This document shows positions 11,595-27,895 of a stretch of 55,928 nucleotides of DNA, in pieces. Below the pieces are notes generated by a model. That model was given only the letters and a program-made list of their open reading frames with translations, ran no database searches and was not told the origin of the DNA. How positions within the stretch are numbered: the stretch's first letter is position 1; every line of letters starts with the position of its first letter. The stretch spans positions 1 through 55,928 of the forward strand of contig JAAPAO010000187.1 in the NCBI GenBank assembly GCA_013115145.1, given 5' to 3'. The position numbers were made by a program, and so were the translations under genes. This DNA comes from Perkinsus chesapeaki ATCC PRA-425. Taxonomy: Eukaryota > Protista > Perkinsozoa.

Positions 11595-13765
11595 TTACAC
11601 TCGGGCCTGTTGTATTGTTGTAAGCCATGCACGTTTAAAGGTATTCCATATTAGATTAACTCGTTTATTTAGATCCCTTTCATCCACCCCACTAGTATCA
11701 TCTAAATATACTATACTCATTATAACATTAAGCATGTCATTATTACCTAATGATGTCTGAGCTATATAAGTAACCTCAAGAGAGTAACGTAACCTTATAA
11801 GCTTATAAGATTTACCAAACGTCATACTATGTTGTATAACAAATTGACGTGCTAGTTTATTAGCAGTTAAATAATCTGTAGATAGGATGAAAGGATAGAG
11901 TGGTAGTTAAGGTATTACCTTTAGCAAATAGATTATTAGCAGTACGATGCATTAAGCATAATGATAATGATTCATCATTAGGTGGCATATACTTTAATGC
12001 TGTATTATAGGCTGCTGACCAAGCTTCATCTGATTTATCATAGTTATGTAATTGTAGATGGCTATATGAATATTAATAGGCTATTATTATATTAGAAATA
12101 TATTATTACCTTACTGCTAACCATATAAGTACTTCAATAAGGGCTTTAGTACCAAGTACTTGCTTATCTTTTACTTCTATTGGATTGAATGAATTATCTA
12201 ATAATCTAGTGCACATGTTAACTCGTTCATTAGGGGTAGCAATAGCAAGAGAATCATTTAAATGTTCAGGTATAGTATCCATGCCAGCTGTAGCTATTGT
12301 TGTATTACCTAAGATATTATTATAAGCTATGACTATTGGTGGATAGTAGTACCATATTTATCACCACTTGCTTCTTCTATCATACATCTATCACATTTAC
12401 ATATGAAATCTCTCCCTTCAAGCTGCTTCCTACGTAACTTTATATTAGATGATAAATACCTATTATCTAGTATTAATATATATAGTTATAGATATATAGG
12501 TAATACTCATGTTCAAAGTAGCTAATAGTTAATTGTTCACCAGGTGTAATATCACGATTAGTAACAAAGTGTTGGCATGTACCAATGGCAAAACGATTAA
12601 CCTGAAGTAAATGGTTATATTACTCATATAGAGTGATTATGATTATGGTAATAGTAATACCTACATTAGGTGAGCAACTATGATTGAACCCTGATGATTT
12701 AGCATATAGGCCAATACCACTGAGATCTGCATATACCTACTAGTATGCTAATATAGTAACATACACTAACAACACTAGTACCTGCTGGTATGTAACCATT
12801 TCTGGACATGTTTCAAATCCAAGGATATTTAATCTACATTTTTGATGTATAACCTCTGGATCAGTTGAATCATACTCCTCACTAAGTAATAATATACCAG
12901 TATGCATGAATGTATTCTTCTTGTTACCCACGTGGATGAAGCTCATCTAGTTGCTCCTTCCAATAAGCCCAACCATCATCTCTAGTTTCAGCATCATTTA
13001 TTATAACTTGAGTAAGCAGTTCACTCTCAGTAGGCTCTATCACACCTCTACATCACTTCATCCCCTTCCCCTACTTGATATTACCCTTAGATTCGATCTC
13101 ATCATCATCGTCTTCTTCATCCTCCTGTACTAACTCCCTTGCTGCATCCATGTCTATATCATAAATATGAGCTAATGGTAGTTCAGACAAAAATAATGTG
13201 CCTAATAGTATATGATATAAGCAGCAGCAGCAGGTGTTTAAAGTATATTATACCTTCTGATATAGTATCCTTAGCATACCATCCATAACCTTCATCATTA
13301 TTTGATGACTTTAGCACGATATTATCATTTAAATAGAAGCATCCAGGCTCATCTCCTTCGCATGACTCCTCCGCATCCCCCGATAATAGAGCAGCTGAAT
13401 AAGCCTTAGATAGGTTAAGTGTAACCTATATACATCAGCTATATCACCGCTATAATACTGGTTATCAATTTCCCCATCTATTCCCCTATAATACCTCTAA
13501 TAGGTCATCATCATCCTCCTCTTCTACATCCTCATTATTACAGCCTCTCTCAATAAACTGTAATGCTTCAGCCATCTGCTTTGATATATCAACTGGGAAT
13601 GTTGTTGCCATTATATGAATCTATATATATACTTTGACAACAGTAACAATCACTAGGGAGAATAACGACAGCAACTGGGATACATCTCTGCGACGACGAC
13701 GACGGTCCATCTTTCGGAGGACGTGACAAGCTTCGCTCCGCTAGTGCGCAGTTCACGTTTACCAT
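11595..13765 (-). CDS. SMYD-type SET-domain lysine methyltransferase with a helical C-terminal domain
   Basis: N-SET GYGWYAKDTISEG; GIGLYAKSSGFNHSCSPNV; TNRDITPGEQLTISY; post-SET DFICKCDRC. The start codon is inferred. Confidence 0.85.
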
Positions 13766-13827
13766 TTTTATCTTAAACTGTTGAAGTTTCTCTTTCGAAC
13801 ACAAGAAGGTTATTGATAAGGTATACA

Positions 13828-16800
13828 TCAATGTATACTAACTTTTGTTATACCACCGGCATGAGCTGTTCTATTAATATCATCAATATGGGGATAAAAT
13901 GCTAAATTACCGGTTATATCAATAATCTTAAGGCTTTCAGTTGATACTAATGCATCAATAAGGGCATCAGTAACAGCACTACCACTACCACCTACAATCA
14001 TAACCATTATATAATTATATTACACACTACCTTTATAATGTCCGACAGTTATGTGTCTATTAGGCTTATTTGGGTCATAGGTATTCATCGTTATCATTTC
14101 ACCATTAGACTCCTCTTTAATACCTTCTTCATCAGCAGATGATATCTCATTAAATGCTATGTCAAGGGTTTCAACACAACCAAGATATCTGATAACAACA
14201 ACAAGCATACAATACTAAATTCATCCTGACATAACAGCGTACGTAACAGCATCTATAATAGCAACTGCACCTTCAACACCAATGAATTGTCCACGTAATG
14301 ATAATCCTGTTAAAGCAGTATTACAATTACATAAACATGATGCTATTATCATTGCATCAGATGCTGTTATTATAGCCTTGGAAAATTGTTTATCATATCT
14401 AATTATAATAATACTATTATTAATGACCTATACCAATGTTTACAGTTTAGCTGGCCTAGATTGTTTAGGAGGGTTTCTAGCTAATGCAATCTCCTCTGTT
14501 AAATCAAGTAATGATCGTGGATCCTCAGCCTCACAATGACCAAGCTCCTTCATTACCTAATAATATTTAATATAATGATACCAACAATAATAATAATACT
14601 TACCCTTTGAAGTGTTAATTGTTGTATTTCTATTGGTTGAGAACGGAACCAATCTCTAGCTAGAGTATAATCAATGGTAATCATTCTTATTAATGCTAAT
14701 TCATACCTTACCACCACCACCATAAACAACAACAAGAGCAAGAGCAGGGACAGTAGCAGCATAGTGTTATAGTATATACCTATATAACCTACTCTTCTAA
14801 TGAAGGATAGTCTATGTCAAGCTGTTTAATCCCTAATCCACAACACAGTGCCATATGCTTTAATTTCGCACCACACCTATTTTATTTACATTAGTATGTC
14901 ATTATTATCTTAATTATCATATGCCATTACCTCTTTATAGCTCCATGGTATACTGCACCAATACTAAGGTCTAATGTAGGCCTCTGTTTAAGATAATCTA
15001 GATCAAGAAGTACATGACTAACACGAACCTGAAGACATATCACAGCATGGCAGCAGCGGGGGGGGCAGTGGTGGTGGGAATAATAATTACACTTCTAAGT
15101 CTACCATGTGTAGCTATAGTATCCGAAAGGGATGCTATACCCTTATGTGTAAAGTAGTTACCTGATATATCCAAATACTCAAGTCTATCACCTAAAAGTT
15201 TGTTAGTAATAGGTAAGAGATGATATGTAGTATAATATACCTATTACATGCAATAAGAAGATCCATTAAACTATCAATACAGGCATCAGTAAGCTTATTA
15301 GATCCAACATCAACCTCTAATAATTGAGCATTACGACGCATAAGAGTAAAGGAAAATATACCAGATGCATCAAACATTACTCTAACCTAATAATAATAGA
15401 CCACTATTACTAGTAAGGTTAATAAGTATACAGCAGCAGCAGCAGCAGGAGCATACAGCAGGATCCTCAAAGTTCCAGGCAGTAGAGGCAAATGGGCATC
15501 CTTCAAAACATGATATATCATCAACACTTATACGTTTGGCTTCATCTTCTGGTAGAATCTGTAATGGTATCCTTACTGGATCTGGTGATAATACAGCTTC
15601 AGTTGATGTTAATATATCTATTATATCAATAGTATTAAATGTTCTTAATGTAGAAAGCTGGGGTGCACCTAGAAAATGTGCTTCATAGATGGATAATATG
15701 TATATCTTACCAACATCAATATTATGTTTAACATTATCCCATACAGCCTCCGCTAATAGAGCAGCTCCTAACACGCAACAACGGCGGTAATAGTTACGTA
15801 AAGTATGATGTATTATTGATAGTATTATTATAGTATTACTCTTATTACTACTACCTTTAGGGGTTATCCTGTTGTTTTCTGAGAATCGTATTTGTGATAA
15901 TGTTGTATTACGTTCAAAGAACTCAGCAATCTGTCGAATCTGTATATCATTAAATCTACCAGAGCCTCTATAGTCAATACGAGGATGTGATCGTAATGCC
16001 CTAACGAATGGAGGTACCTAGTAATACTGTACTATTACGATGGATTGGACAGGGGATTATTATACGGGCATTACGTTAGGATTGATGCTGAGTGTACATA
16101 CTTCACTTATTGACTGTTTTAAGCCTATACCTTCTGTATTCTGTATATACCGTAAGCTTAAGATATTTGATATCTACCATCATAATAACACAATGTAACA
16201 ATTAGATATAATATCCATTTGCTAATACAATAAATATAGTTGTTAGTGTAGCCCCGCCCCACAGTATCATAGGTGTAGAGGAGCTATTAGTAGTAGTAGA
16301 ATCTATGATAGGGTAATTAATAATGGTATTGTTGATAGTAATAATAATAACACTACCAGATGTATATAGTGTTGCCATAACTATAATTTGTGATATAAGG
16401 ACTATTGGTGATGCTAATAGAGAGAATGATATAGATCTACCAAAAGGCGGTGGGTGTTATAGAGTGTTATGATAATAATAATAATGAGTACCGCATTCTC
16501 TCATAATCAGCAAAGTAACTATGTTGTATGATAGTGAATGGCCAACGTAGGAATATAATAATATCAGATAATAGACATATCGGTAATCCAAGAACCTATT
16601 AATAATAATGCTTCTTGTTGTTGTTCTTCATACTGGGGTTCATATAGAGTAGTGGATTACCAAATGTATTAATGTAGCTACATCAACTAATACAGCTGGG
16701 TCAAGTATTTGATTACTCCGTGCTGGAGCTGGAACCTGTCTTGTACCAAGTACACCACTTAAGAAGGAGAGACACTACAAGAAGAAGACGACGAAGAATA

Positions 16801-18357
16801 AGTGCCTAATATTAATAGAATGAGGCGAAAGTCTTACAGGTAGAAGTGCTGAACGAGATACCTTATCAATGAATAAAGGTTTTAAGTATCTAAAGTGATA
16901 AGTAGACTCTGCTAAGGACACTGCAGCTGCTGCCCTGGACTAGTGGGGCGGTAGTATACTTACCTACTACTTTGATACCATACATAGACATATGATAATA
17001 CCCATATACCAATAACAACTGCTGCATGAGCTCTAGGGCCATATTCCAGTAAACCAGGATATGAACCACAAAGGGATACTTCTTCTCCATCACTTCCTCT
17101 GCCTCCTTCCTGAACAATATACTCCCTTTTGTAGCAGTCACTTACTATATTATTATACCAGAGGACAATATATAAATAGGATATCAATAGGAAGTTGTAA
17201 AAGTAATGGTATTCTATATAAGATAAATATACCCAAAGGTGTTATAGATAGACGTATCCAATACTAACAAGGATAATATTGATGATGATACTAGAAGTAG
17301 TATGTTAGTCATCACCCTCCATGCTGCTGCTAATATTGACTTCTTTATTTCCAAAGCCTTATCTAACTTATCAGTAAATATTGTTGAATCACGTAAGTCT
17401 GATAACTTCAATACCTATAGTATATGATGTTAAGGATAGTAATATTAAACACCACCTTACATTTGAACCGTTGAATAAGCGTGTTGGATCGGCATATCTT
17501 CCCATTCCACGTAGAGTCTTCCGTATATTAGATATCTTACCTCCATCATCAATACCCCCACGGAAAGCTGTAATCCTTTTAGCCCATGTAATTGATGTTT
17601 TAGATGGTAAATGGCTACTATCTGATACCATAACTACCGCAACCCATATCATTGGACTACTAACCTATGGATGCAGCACTAACACGTCGTTGACCTGCTC
17701 CTAACTCCTCCTCCTCATCATCATCAGATTCGGTTGACTCCTCCTCCTCCTCCTGTTCCTTATTAACATCGTTATTCTCTTCCCTAATATACGACATAAA
17801 CTATGATGATGGCATTTAGTCTTACATAACAATAGGCTCATATGTTGTATTATCATTATTATAATATATTCCTAATATTTCTCCCATTACATCATTCCCT
17901 TCACGTATACCATTACTCAAGCTATCTAATACGATTGTACAGAAAAAGCGTAATATTCAATTAGGGAATCTCACCGATGTTTGGGCTGGCTGCTGATACT
18001 GTCCAGCTTCTCCGCTTACTTTGACCTATGGCACTTTCTGCCCCACTTTCATCAGGCAGCAATATGCTCTGTCCTAGACTTGCCCTTCTTGTTCGTAGTC
18101 GTTCAATAACCGATATATGGCTTTTATCATACCCTACCCCACCAATGGTATAAGCTCTATTTCTCCTACTATGTGATGACCTGTTACCATGTCATTTACC
18201 ATGAGAGGAGTGTTTATTACGATGGTGGCTGCTGGTGTGCAGCAGCTGCCTTCGGGGCAGACTGATTAGCCGGTGGATTCTCTGAGATAGTGTTTTTGAA
18301 TTGAACAGTTGATGTTGCTGAAGTGTCGGCATTGGTGTCGCTCACCGGTCGGGACAT
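13828..18357 (-). CDS. Large multi-exon protein: disordered N-terminus, hydrophobic segments, then RNI-like leucine-rich repeats
   Basis: LRR units LLEVDVGSNKLTDACIDSL, LEYLDISGNYFTHKGIASL, LTGLSLRGQFIGVEGAVAI, VETLDIAFNEIS, LKIIDITGN. Hydrophobic exons lie at ~16.2-17.4 kb. Linkage of all exons into one gene is inferred. Confidence 0.7.
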
Positions 18358-18419
18358 GGTAAGAGTTTTATTGAACTCTTTTTCATGTGTATCAGGATTT
18401 ATTCCTTATCCACAAGTAT

Positions 18420-20200
18420 GACGAAGTGATATGTGAATACTGGTAACTCAACTGGTTATTCATGTTCATAAGAAGCTGCTCACAAACAATTACTGTTTTC
18501 GCTATTGTTGGTGTTGTTGTTGCCAACCTTAGCCTACCACCACTAACATCATCATCAACTCACTTGATGGTGATGACAGTGTTGTTATTAGTGATACTAC
18601 TCCATAACATATATCAGCTAGAGAGGCAAAAAATAATAAGCGGCCAAATGGCATCATACTCTTTATCGTTACGAGTATATTTGATGATAATAATAATTGC
18701 GAATAAAGTAACAGTACCGTGATAATTAACCAAATACACATTCCTTCATCACCATTTGATGGTCTAGGATAGGAATAGCTATAGTAGAGTTCGATATAAT
18801 AGACTATATTATGTCGAAATATTAGTGTAGTGTTATAAACCATCAATAGTAATAACGCATTAATAGCAATACGTTGTTGTAGTGTTTATCAAAGGCAATA
18901 TCCTGTTATTATATGAGGAACTGATCCAAATATCTCTGATACTAATCACAACAACAACAACAAAAACCACTAACACCGCCATTAACTAATAACGGAGGAT
19001 GGCCGCATGGAGTATACGAACTGGAAGGATTTCTCCACAAGATCAGCATTGCCGAGATATTTCTCAAGTTGAGCACGTTGAGCTCGAAGGAATACCTCTA
19101 TTCTGAGGAGATACGTTAGATATTATTGTTAGTTATTCTCTTACTTTGGACGATGATGATGATGTTTATGATGTTTATGGTTATCTCTACTCTGCAATAT
19201 CATATCATTATCTCCATTACCAGTAAAGATATGTTGCTCTTGTTGAATAGTTGTATTATCATGAGATTGCCTCCAAGTTGTATTATGCATACAGAAGCCA
19301 GGTGGGACACCATCAGCTTGGCAAGCGGCACACATACCACATCCACTATGTGGAGTGGAGTAGTTCTGACCATCATCATGTGTACTAGTGTTACTCGTAG
19401 TAGCCTGATTATCTTATGCGATAATGCCGTAAACACGGCCAAATCCCACCTTATCAGGTAGTAGTCTCTTAGCCGAATGAGACATACTATTTCTTCGTGT
19501 TCTTGGTGATCCAAGTAATGATGGTGACCCCTGTGGTGGTGATGATGATTTAAAATCCCTGTCTGAAGGGAAAACCTGTATGAGATGTAAAATGTTATAT
19601 TTAACTGGTCTCCTCTGCTGCTGCTGCAGTCCATGACATCGCTCTCTTAGATGATGGTGATGATGATTTTTTAGAGGTTGGTAGATTAATACCATTCATA
19701 CCATCACCACTGTGCTGCTGCTGATGCTGATGATGCTGATAAGTATGGCTAAGGTATGGTGGCATCACCGCCGTCCAAGATTTCCCTGGTAATGACGATG
19801 ATGATGATGATGATGATAGGTTGTACTTGAGTACACCCCTGAAGGGTAGTCATATTAAATGATTCTCTATTGTCATTATTGATATGTTACCCTGTATTAT
19901 TATTAATAATATTATAATTCTCATTATTATAGGGTATGGTGGACGTAATTGCTCTATGATGAGGTGACGTTGGTGGGGGTGGTGGTGGTGGAGGAGGAGG
20001 ATGGTCAGTTTCAGACATCGATTGGGAAGTGATCCGACCAGGACCACTAGTAGTAGCAGTAAGAGGAAGTTGATGCGTGATAACTCCGTCAAATGGCTAA
20101 TTAACAACAATGACCTTGATTTGATAATGGTTGATATACCTGTAAAATAGTAGGAGTACTGTATAAGGTAATACCTGAACGAGCTATAGCAGCAGCAGCA
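18420..20200 (-). CDS. Hypothetical Pro/Ser/His-rich protein with a Cys cluster and an ordered C-terminal region
   Basis: Exons include a poly-Pro tract, SGCGMCAACQADGVPPGFCMHN and LRIEVFLRAQRAQLEKYLGNADLVEKSFQFVYSMRP. Boundaries approximate. Confidence 0.4.
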
Positions 20201-20420
20201 GTCGACGACGACGATGTCATAATAAAGATGGGATATCTAACATTGATGATGATGATGATATTACTATTAGTATCTTAATTGAGTAACACTACATATTATA
20301 ATGGGAAAAAACTCACAGTAACCAAAACAGCAACAACCTACTTCGCAAAGTACAATAGGAATGGTCTACAGCACTACTATAACAGCACCAGCAGCTGCTG
20401 CATCTGCAGCTGCTTCATAT

Positions 20421-21880
20421 TTATGATGTTGTTGTTGTTGTTGTTGGATAATGATAATGTTCACACCCTACCGCACCTGGTCTTTTAGTTAATATCTCAG
20501 CCCCTTCAGGTGTTATATTAACCATATGTTCAGCTTGGGCTGCTCTACCATTATCAACAGTAACATATCTGATATATTACCACCAAGTAGTAGTAATAAT
20601 AATATTACTATATACTAATATATTATTACGTCCATCCATCATTCCATTGTCTACTCCATGCTACACCTTCACATAGTACTGGTTCTATTGTAAACACCTG
20701 TCCTACTTGCATTACTTCATCCATATCACCTATAATCATGATACTATCTATTATCACCCCCCCCCCCCACCCCCCTCCTCCTTACCATGCTCTGGTGTAT
20801 GTAGTATATTAGGTAATAAGTGCATCTCAGTACCAATAAAGTGTCCACAGAACTGTGGGTTTACAGTAAACCCTTCCTCCCTAGCTACTTTAACAACCTA
20901 CTACAACACCATAATAATACGCTACTAATATTATTATCATTACCGCTTTAGCTATTGTATTAAAGGGTAGACCTGGTTTACATGCTTTAATAGCTGCTTC
21001 TAATGCTCGATGTGTCGCATTAATCTAATTAATAGTATTATCTTAATGTATTTATCCCATATTATTATTATTACAAGTTTGATTCCCTGAATATCTGTAT
21101 TGCCACCAACTATAGCCATATCAGATGTATCACCATATACACCATCTATATAACATGTAACATCCATATTGACTATATCACCTTCTTCTAATGGACGGGT
21201 ATCTGGTATACCATGTACCTTAATAATAATAGGAATATGATATAACATAAACAGTAAAGGATCTTAATGTTATCCTATTACAACACATTCATTAACTGAC
21301 ATACATACAGCTCTAGGAAATCCCATATAATTAATACCAGACGGATATGCTCCTTGAGAAACAATGTAACTATTGAGTAGTAATATAGGTATGATACTAG
21401 TAGTAGTTATTATTAGTATTACTTACTCTATAACTAAATCATCAATCTCAGTTGTAGTAACACCAGGTTTAGCTGCTTCCAAAGCAACATTTAATGCCTT
21501 ACCAGCTAATAATGCAGCACGTCTCATACGTTCTATAAGCTCGGGAGCTTTTACTTCAAACCGAGGCCATGTAGAACTTTCAGATGGTGGTTGCATAGCA
21601 CATGGGATAGTACCATCAGCTCTTATACCTACTACTATAATAAACAAAGCTCCAGCACTGTAATAATACCATGTCTAGGCCTTATGATATTAGAAGGTAT
21701 ATTGCTGCTCTTAACTGGAAGGACTTTATATTTCCCATCTACTAATGTCTTTCGAAAGGGTAGCTGTTGGTGCCGCTGGCGAAGAGATCCTCTATTAGCA
21801 GCAGCAGTAGATGCTGCAGTTGTTGTTGTTAGTGATGCTTTGGGGAGGTACAAACTTGGTGTTAATGATTGGGATAACAT
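20421..21880 (-). CDS. MAP1: Methionine aminopeptidase type 1 with an organellar-type presequence
   Basis: [63 protein letters not shown] (metal ligands D, D, H, E, E). The N-terminus is S/T/A/R-rich. Confidence 0.93.
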
Positions 21881-22199
21881 CGAGGACAGAAAACTATTGT
21901 ATACTATGACTATTACCAGGCCTGTTTCATATTACAACTAAATAAACACAGGAATAAGATGATGAAACGAGATAGTAGGATATCTTATGATATTACTCTG
22001 TATTAGGCAGTATTATTAAGTAGTAAGGCCAACAGCAACAACAACAACAACAACAAAAGAAGAAGAAGATAATATGATTAAATACTGCTACCACTGTTAC
22101 TGCTGTTGTTAGTGTGATGCTTAACAATGATAATGACCTTTCCATTATACTCTACCTTATACTACAAGGTAACTACTACTATCTTGTATTAGATAATAA

Positions 22200-24564
<2,365 letters not shown>

Positions 24565-24695
24565 GGATATCATATAAGGAATAATAATAAAACTAGCAAG
24601 AATAATAATAATACATCAATATCCCTATAACACTACACTAATCTTAATAACACTATGATAACATTGTATATGTCATTATTCATGTTGTTATATCT

Positions 24696-27367
24696 CTATT
24701 TAGAGCCGCCTCCACCATTACCCTCTTTAGATGCAGCATTCTTCTTTTGTTTCTCCTTTCTTCGTGCTATATCCCTTATAGACCTTGCTTTAAGCTCCTC
24801 CCTTGTATAGGGCCCTTAATAAGAATAACAACATACATAATAACAACAGCGATATATCTACTCTGATCGTCATCTTCATCTTCATCTGAATCATCAGAAT
24901 AATCTTCAACTGTTGATGGTAATTTAATTGTCATAAAAGCTTGGGCGCCTATCATATTATTACATACAAGGAACTCAATGTGCGTCACTTACTAGATGAA
25001 TGCCCTCCTCCTCCGCCTGTTGTTATTGCCTTTGGCATAAGGTACTTATCCCCTACCTCATAGTCAGCTGCTGCTGCTGCTGTATCAACACCATCAGTTA
25101 CACCAGTAGCCCCAGGATCAGCTGATGCTGCTGCTGCTATCTGTGATGCTGCATAGAGTTGAAGTATCTCATTAGCCTCTACAATGGTAATCAATATTAT
25201 TAGTAATAATATATAACTTACTCTTTTCTATAACACCCAAGAATGGTAACATCACAGACTCCGATACAGTAGAGCTATTATCAGTACCACCACCACCACC
25301 CTGGGATACTGATGATGATGATTGTGCTGCTGGATCACCAATAGGTGCTAGAGGTGGTGGATCACAACCAAGACGATTGAATATGGATTGTATACCAGCA
25401 CGAACCTAAGATACTATTGAACTGATAATATAATTATTATATTATTACACTAGTTAATGTCTTCATAGCCTGTTGATATTTAAGCTCATAAAACTCAGCC
25501 TTTTTATCCATACCACTCCATCTTTCTTCTAATTCAGATAAGAACTTCTGTTTACTCATATCCGTTGTTGTTGTTGTTGCCGCTGCGGCGGCGGCTGGTG
25601 TTGTTGTAGTTGTAGTAGTAGGTCCTCTATTATTATCTAATATAAAAGCATTACGTATGGTAATGTATTATTACCTTTACGTTTATTAGATGATGAAGAT
25701 GATGATACTCCCCCTGACTTCAATGAATCATATTCTTGTGTTAATTCATTAAATGATGCTTCCAACTTCTTAATATCACCAGATAACTGATTAGCATAAT
25801 TAAAAAGGGAGAAGTTCTGATCCTCAGCAGCGATGAAGTTCTGAACCTAATATATTATAAAGTATAGAACCCTACAAGAGTAGATACCACCATATTATTA
25901 CCAATTCATCAATATCTGATATACCAGTAGCTGTTTGTATCTTACCAAATGCTTCTTCATATACTTGTACCTTAATAATAACAACTAGTGATAAGTAATG
26001 ACTATATTATAGTAGTAATACTAACCTTCTCTGATGTACTCTGTATATTAGCCTTATCTTTAGCTATACCCCATGCTGATTGTGTTACCTTTTTTCTTAT
26101 CTTATTCTCATCATTTAACTATATTACATCTATAATATATACATTATTAATATAACTGACTTACACTGAGATCCCCTCTCATTGCTATATCAGCATCAGT
26201 ACCATGTTTACCACTATCTTCAATACGTGCCTTCTCTCTTTGTCTCATAAACTCCTAAGATAACATCACCATGAGGCTGCTGCTGCTGTTGAGAATACCA
26301 ACCTTCATTTTCTTATCATTTTCAATAAGCCGTCCTAGCTCTTTCCACTCCTTCTCAAACTCTATATGTTCTCTATCAGCTTGCTGTTTTAATGCTGTCA
26401 TTTGTGCCTATATAATAATTATTATCACTACATCCTATGACATCATTACCTGAGCCTGATCCCTTGCCTCATAAGCTGCATTCGCTTGTTCAATAATATT
26501 AGCCATCTCTTTCTTTTTCTCTTGTAGTTCTATCTGATATACCAATAACAGCATGCCATAACATTATAACATGAATACTACTTCAAGCTTCCTATATATT
26601 GAATCAAATACTACACGTTCCCTTCTTAATGAATCAATCTGATCTCTAAGGTTAGTGTTGACCGCTATTACCTAATCATAATAATATAAACACCAAAGAA
26701 AAAGGTTAGACAAGGTTAGCTTACTTCATTGAACTTTTGTAAATTATTCTCAAGTCTATTATCAAGTATTGTGATTTGTTTATCCAATGCTTCATTAGTC
26801 TCCTTAGCAGCATTAACACCACCACGTCGGGCTAAGATTATAACAACCATATTAAGCTGCTATTAAGAATAACCATAAGACCATACCAAGCTCTTCTCGT
26901 AATGAATAAATCTTCTTCTGTAATACTTCAAGTCTATCATCAATCTAATAATAATATATATAATATAAATAATAATATAGCTTACTAGTTCACCACGAGA
27001 TATCTCCTCTTTTAATCTAGTATCAATCCTATCCTTCTCCTCCTATATAATAGATAATAAAACTATTACCAACAACTATTATTACCTGCATCCTCTGTAG
27101 CTTCTCTGTACCAATCTTATGCTCAGATCTTGATGCTGTAAATGCCCTAGTCTCACTAAGCTCTTGTTTCATCTTCTTATTCTCTCTAGTTAACTTTACT
27201 ATAGTTGCCCTTTGCTTTCTTATAACACCTTGTGATACTTCACTATAATTACGTTTATCATTCTCCAACACTCTAAAGTTTCGTTGTAGTTGTTGTATCT
27301 CAGCTTCAATAGACTTCTTCTCTGTATCAGACTGCTGCTGCCCAAACCCTTTAGTAGGCTTAACCAT
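24696..27367 (-). CDS. CCDC114: Outer dynein arm docking complex subunit DC2 (ODA1/CCDC114/CCDC63 family)
   Basis: EIQQLQRNFRVLENDKRNYSE...IRKQRATIVKLTREN; IDSLRRERVVFDSIYRKLE; AYEARDQAQ; long coiled coil; EDQNFSLFNY motif. Confidence 0.85.
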
Positions 27368-27895
27368 TATATAATAAAAACTAATAATAGTGATAATCAT
27401 ATACTATCATATCATCAACCTGTCAAGTCCTAAGCTTAATATATATACTGTTATCCTACAGGACTAGCGAAGCTGTTGTGACAGTCATATTGTGACAAGT
27501 AGACAGCACATCTTTTAAACTATCCATTTAATGTATACGGTATAATGAAGACCTCTATCGAGATTATTGGTGCATATGATTAATGTGAATCTACTATAAT
27601 TATGAGGTGCTATTATTTCAGCTTTTATCACACTCTACAGCTAACCTCCAAGCTAATCTCAGAATTAAAGTTAGTAACACGATATTGATACATTGAACGG
27701 CCCAGTGCATATTACCTAAACCGTCCTAGTCCATATCATTGGGTTTAAACATAAACACCAACATCATCACGAAGCTCACTTATACCTAAGCTCGAAGCCA
27801 GGAATAAGAATTCATCGCTCCGCTAACAGCGCAACACACGTTTAACTATTTTCAACTGCATCTTGACCTTTACGTCTGTAAAATGTGTTGTTTAA

